Part shown: piece by piece, positions 61,644 to 64,000 of the stretch
Layout: the number at the start of each line of letters is the position of its first letter
Position numbering within the stretch: position 1 is the first letter of the stretch
Source: Firmicutes bacterium UBA5389
GTDB lineage: Bacteria; Bacillota; DTU025
Assembly: GCA_002409965.1 (NCBI GenBank)
Contig: DHON01000112.1
Span: 555-64,554 of the forward strand
Direction of reading: 5' to 3'
DNA length: 64,000 nt
Notes under the pieces: generated by a model
Database searches by the model: none
What the model saw: the letters and a program-made list of their open reading frames with translations, nothing else
What the model was told of the DNA's origin: nothing
Program-made: the position numbers and the translations under genes

Positions 61644-63106
61644 GAGGCCCGCAGCCGCTTATCTTCGAACTGTCGTCGCCAGGGCGGACCGCCATCAGCC
61701 TTCCGGCCCCGGAGGTGCCCACTCCAGATCTGGCTTCGTTCCTCCCCAAGCAGGTGCTCAGGCACGAGCCTTTGGGACTGCCCGAAGTGAGCGAGGTCGA
61801 CGTAGTTAGGCATTTCGTCAACCTGTCGCAGCTCAACCACTCTGTAGACACCGGGTTCTACCCGCTGGGTTCGTGCACCATGAAGTACAATCCCAAGGTG
61901 AACGAGGACGCCGCGCGCATGCCGGGATTCGCGCTGATCCACCCGGACCAGGACGAGGCGACTGTGCAAGGGGCCATGGAGCTCCTTCACTCCATGGACA
62001 ACTACCTCTCCGAGCTGTGCGGGATGAGTCGTTTCACCTTCCAGCCTGCAGCCGGAGCCCACGGAGAGATCACCGGTCTGTTCATAATCCGAGCATACCA
62101 CGGATCAAGGGGTGAACACCGCACACGCGTGCTCGTGCCCGACTCGGCTCATGGCACCAACCCTGCCAGCGCCGCTAGCGCCGGAATGGAGATCGTAGTA
62201 GTCAAGTCGGACGAGCGAGGCAACGTAGACGTGGACGACCTTCGGTCGAAGGTCGGGCCGGAGACGGCGGCCCTTATGCTCACCAACCCCAACACCCTGG
62301 GCCTGTTCGAGGAGAATGTACGCGAAATCGCAGCGCTGGTCCACGGGTGCGGCGCGCTGCTCTACTACGACGGCGCCAACGCCAACGCGATAATGGGCAA
62401 ATCGCGCCCGGGCGACATGGGCTTCGATGTCGTGCACCTCAACGTGCACAAGACCCTGTCCACACCGCACGGAGGCGGAGGCCCCGGGGCCGGCCCGGTA
62501 GGGGTCAAGGCATTCCTCGAGCCGTTCCTGCCGGCGCCCCTGGTTAAGTTGGAGGAAGAAACAGGGATGTACGTGTGGGACTACGATAGGCCCCAGTCCA
62601 TCGGACGGGTCCACTCGTTCAACGGCAACTTCGGCGTAGTGGTCAAGGCCTGGGCCTACATCCGGTCCATGGGGCCCAACGGCCTCAGAGCCGCAAGTGA
62701 ACACGCAGTCCTTGCCGCCAACTACATCATGCGGAAGCTCCAGCCCTACTATGATCTCCCGTACGACCGTGACTGCAAGCACGAGTGCGTGCTGGCCGGC
62801 ACGCGGCAGAAGCGGGAACACGGAGTGCGCACGCTGGACATCGCCAAGCGCCTGCTGGACTTCGGGTTCCACGCTCCGACGATCTACTTCCCGCTCATCG
62901 TGGACGAGGCGTTCATGATCGAGCCCACTGAGACCGAGAGCCGGGAGACGCTGGACGAGTTCATCGACGCGATGATCCGGATCGCAAAGGAAGCCGAAAC
63001 CCATCCTGAGGTGCTACACGATGCACCGCATCATACGCCCGTCGGTCGGCTGGACGAAACCCAGGCCGCTAGGAAGCCGATCCTGCGCTACACCCGAGAA
63101 TCGTAG
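61640..63106 (+). CDS. gcvPB: Glycine dehydrogenase (decarboxylating) subunit 2
   Basis: PLP-lysine region ([19 protein letters not shown]). Start at ATG 61640 with a GGAGG RBS. 4-nt overlap with gcvPA. Confidence 0.9.
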   Translation: MRGPQPLIFELSSPGRTAISLPAPEVPTPDLASFLPKQVLRHEPLGLPEVSEVDVVRHFVNLSQLNHSVDTGFYPLGSCTMKYNPKVNEDAARMPGFALIHPDQDEATVQGAMELLHSMDNYLSELCGMSRFTFQPAAGAHGEITGLFIIRAYHGSRGEHRTRVLVPDSAHGTNPASAASAGMEIVVVKSDERGNVDVDDLRSKVGPETAALMLTNPNTLGLFEENVREIAALVHGCGALLYYDGANANAIMGKSRPGDMGFDVVHLNVHKTLSTPHGGGGPGAGPVGVKAFLEPFLPAPLVKLEEETGMYVWDYDRPQSIGRVHSFNGNFGVVVKAWAYIRSMGPNGLRAASEHAVLAANYIMRKLQPYYDLPYDRDCKHECVLAGTRQKREHGVRTLDIAKRLLDFGFHAPTIYFPLIVDEAFMIEPTETESRETLDEFIDAMIRIAKEAETHPEVLHDAPHHTPVGRLDETQAARKPILRYTRES

Positions 63107-63189
63107 GGAACAGCGCGCAATCGCGAGGGATCGCAAGCCGCAGGGTCCGCCGGCAACGTGCACCAAAGGCGACAGCCGGTCAACTAGTG

Positions 63190-63231
63190 GAGAACCGTTG
63201 ACACCTCGCTGCCGAGGAGTCAGCGGTTCTC
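63190..63231 (+). other. Nested stem-loop (GAGAACCG...CGGTTCTC, with inner CCTCG/CGAGG) downstream of gcvPB. No U-tract. A TTGACA hexamer sits in the loop.
   Basis: Read directly. Possible processing or attenuation element, or part of the promoter region of the next gene. Confidence 0.3.
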
Positions 63232-63285
63232 TCAGCATCAGTCTGAGAATCAGTCCAGGTATTGGCCCAGAGGAGCGGACATGAC

Positions 63286-64000
63286 ATGGCACACGACGAG
63301 TTGAACAAGATCAGAGTATCAGCCGGCACCGCGAGCGTCCTGGGGCTTTCGCCCATTGCGTCGTTCGACGAACCGACCTGCGCGTATATTATGGTAGGCG
63401 AACGATGCGCCCATGACTGCGCCTTCTGCGCCCAGGCGCGCGGCAGCGCGGCATCGGCCGACAAGCTCTCCAGAGTGACGTGGCCGGAGTTCGCAGCGGA
63501 TGACCTGGCCCGGGCCCTCGGCGCCGCGGCCGGCGCGGGCAGTGTGCAGAGGGCCTGCGCGCAGGTGGTGGGCTCGCCCGGGGCGTTCGCGAGATCGCTC
63601 GCCGCCGTGAAGTTGCTCCGAAGCGCGGCCGGGACGGATGTGCCTGTGAGCGTGTCGTACTCGGCCACGGCCAGAAGCCAGCAGGTCGCGGCGCTGATCG
63701 AAGCCGGCGCCGACAGGGTCGCCCTTCCCATAGATGCCTGCAACCAGCGACTATACCGCGAGATCAAGGGACACGACATGTCGCGGGCGCTCGATCTGAT
63801 AGGCGAGTGCGCGTCCCGCTTCCCCGGCCGCATCAGCACCCATCTCATAGCCGGACTGGGCGAAACCGAAGAGGAGATCATCTCGCTTGCGGCATCCATG
63901 CATCAGCAGGGCGTCGCCGTAGGCTTGTTCGCCTTCACTCCGCTCCGAGGCACTCGCCTGGCCTCGAGACGGCCCCCCGACCTGAACTCATATCGCCGGA
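63286..64000 (+). CDS. Radical SAM protein (CxxxCxxC = CAHDCAFC), LipA/BioB-like. The 5' portion continues beyond the window.
   Basis: MAHDELNKIRV...TCAYIMVGERCAHDCAFCAQARG resembles the LipA core (FMILG.ICTRRCPFC) but lacks the upstream CX4CX5C auxiliary-cluster cysteines. ATG 63286 with an AGGAGCGG RBS. Open to the end of the window. Confidence 0.65.
   Translation, partial: MAHDELNKIRVSAGTASVLGLSPIASFDEPTCAYIMVGERCAHDCAFCAQARGSAASADKLSRVTWPEFAADDLARALGAAAGAGSVQRACAQVVGSPGAFARSLAAVKLLRSAAGTDVPVSVSYSATARSQQVAALIEAGADRVALPIDACNQRLYREIKGHDMSRALDLIGECASRFPGRISTHLIAGLGETEEEIISLAASMHQQGVAVGLFAFTPLRGTRLASRRPPDLNSYRR

Overview
This is a densely coding chromosomal segment with about 65% GC (judged by eye). 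Almost all long ORFs are recognisable metabolic or housekeeping genes. Calls of rRNA, tRNA, CRISPR array, transposase or integrase: none.

Gene content in order:
- SAM-dependent methyltransferase.
- A minus-strand operon of panB, a GlcD-like FAD oxidase, a TRAP transporter (dctPQM), a PdxA-family dehydrogenase, a DUF1537 acid-sugar kinase and a DeoR regulator. This looks like a D-threonate/erythronate-type four-carbon acid-sugar catabolic locus.
- A TPR protein.
- An ArsR-regulated Zn/Cd-type P1B ATPase, with a clear palindromic operator.
- A membrane-anchored HEAT-repeat protein.
- An anaerobe-type glycerol module (glpK, glpA with a BFD domain, a FAD/NAD oxidoreductase, DUF1667) under a TetR regulator.
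- rsgA, preceded by about 600 bp of structured non-coding DNA that carries its own promoter, a 23-codon small ORF and an intrinsic terminator.
- An IolB-like cupin, a secreted alpha/beta hydrolase and a threonine aldolase.
- A complete succinate-to-propionate module: Na+-translocating methylmalonyl-CoA decarboxylase (mmdA, gamma-like subunit, BCCP, mmdB), methylmalonyl-CoA epimerase, meaB, and a two-gene methylmalonyl-CoA mutase.
- copA with a perfect 9-5-9 palindrome upstream. Divergent from it is an unusual gene: a ferritin-like N-terminal motif followed by a Cys/Pro/Met-rich tandem-repeat tail.
- A long minus-strand operon joining a PAP2 phosphatase, birA, folB, folP, and the FtcD-type histidine-degradation genes (formiminotransferase, hutI, cyclodeaminase encoded separately).
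- A Fur-family regulator with an ECF-type Ni/Co transporter (cbiMQO) inserted between the two halves of the hut locus.
- An ADP-ribosylglycohydrolase with an N-terminal extension, followed by hutH and hutU.
- ftsH, tilS and a SpoIIE-like PP2C membrane phosphatase, in the Bacillus-like spoIIE-tilS-ftsH order.
- Divergent lpd and gcvT-gcvH-gcvPA-gcvPB.
- A 5'-partial radical SAM gene.

Inference only: the source is a high-GC, spore-forming Firmicutes-like anaerobe.

The most unusual element is the CopA-adjacent ferritin-like/CPMP-repeat protein together with its palindromic operator. The structured small-ORF/sRNA-like locus upstream of rsgA is next.
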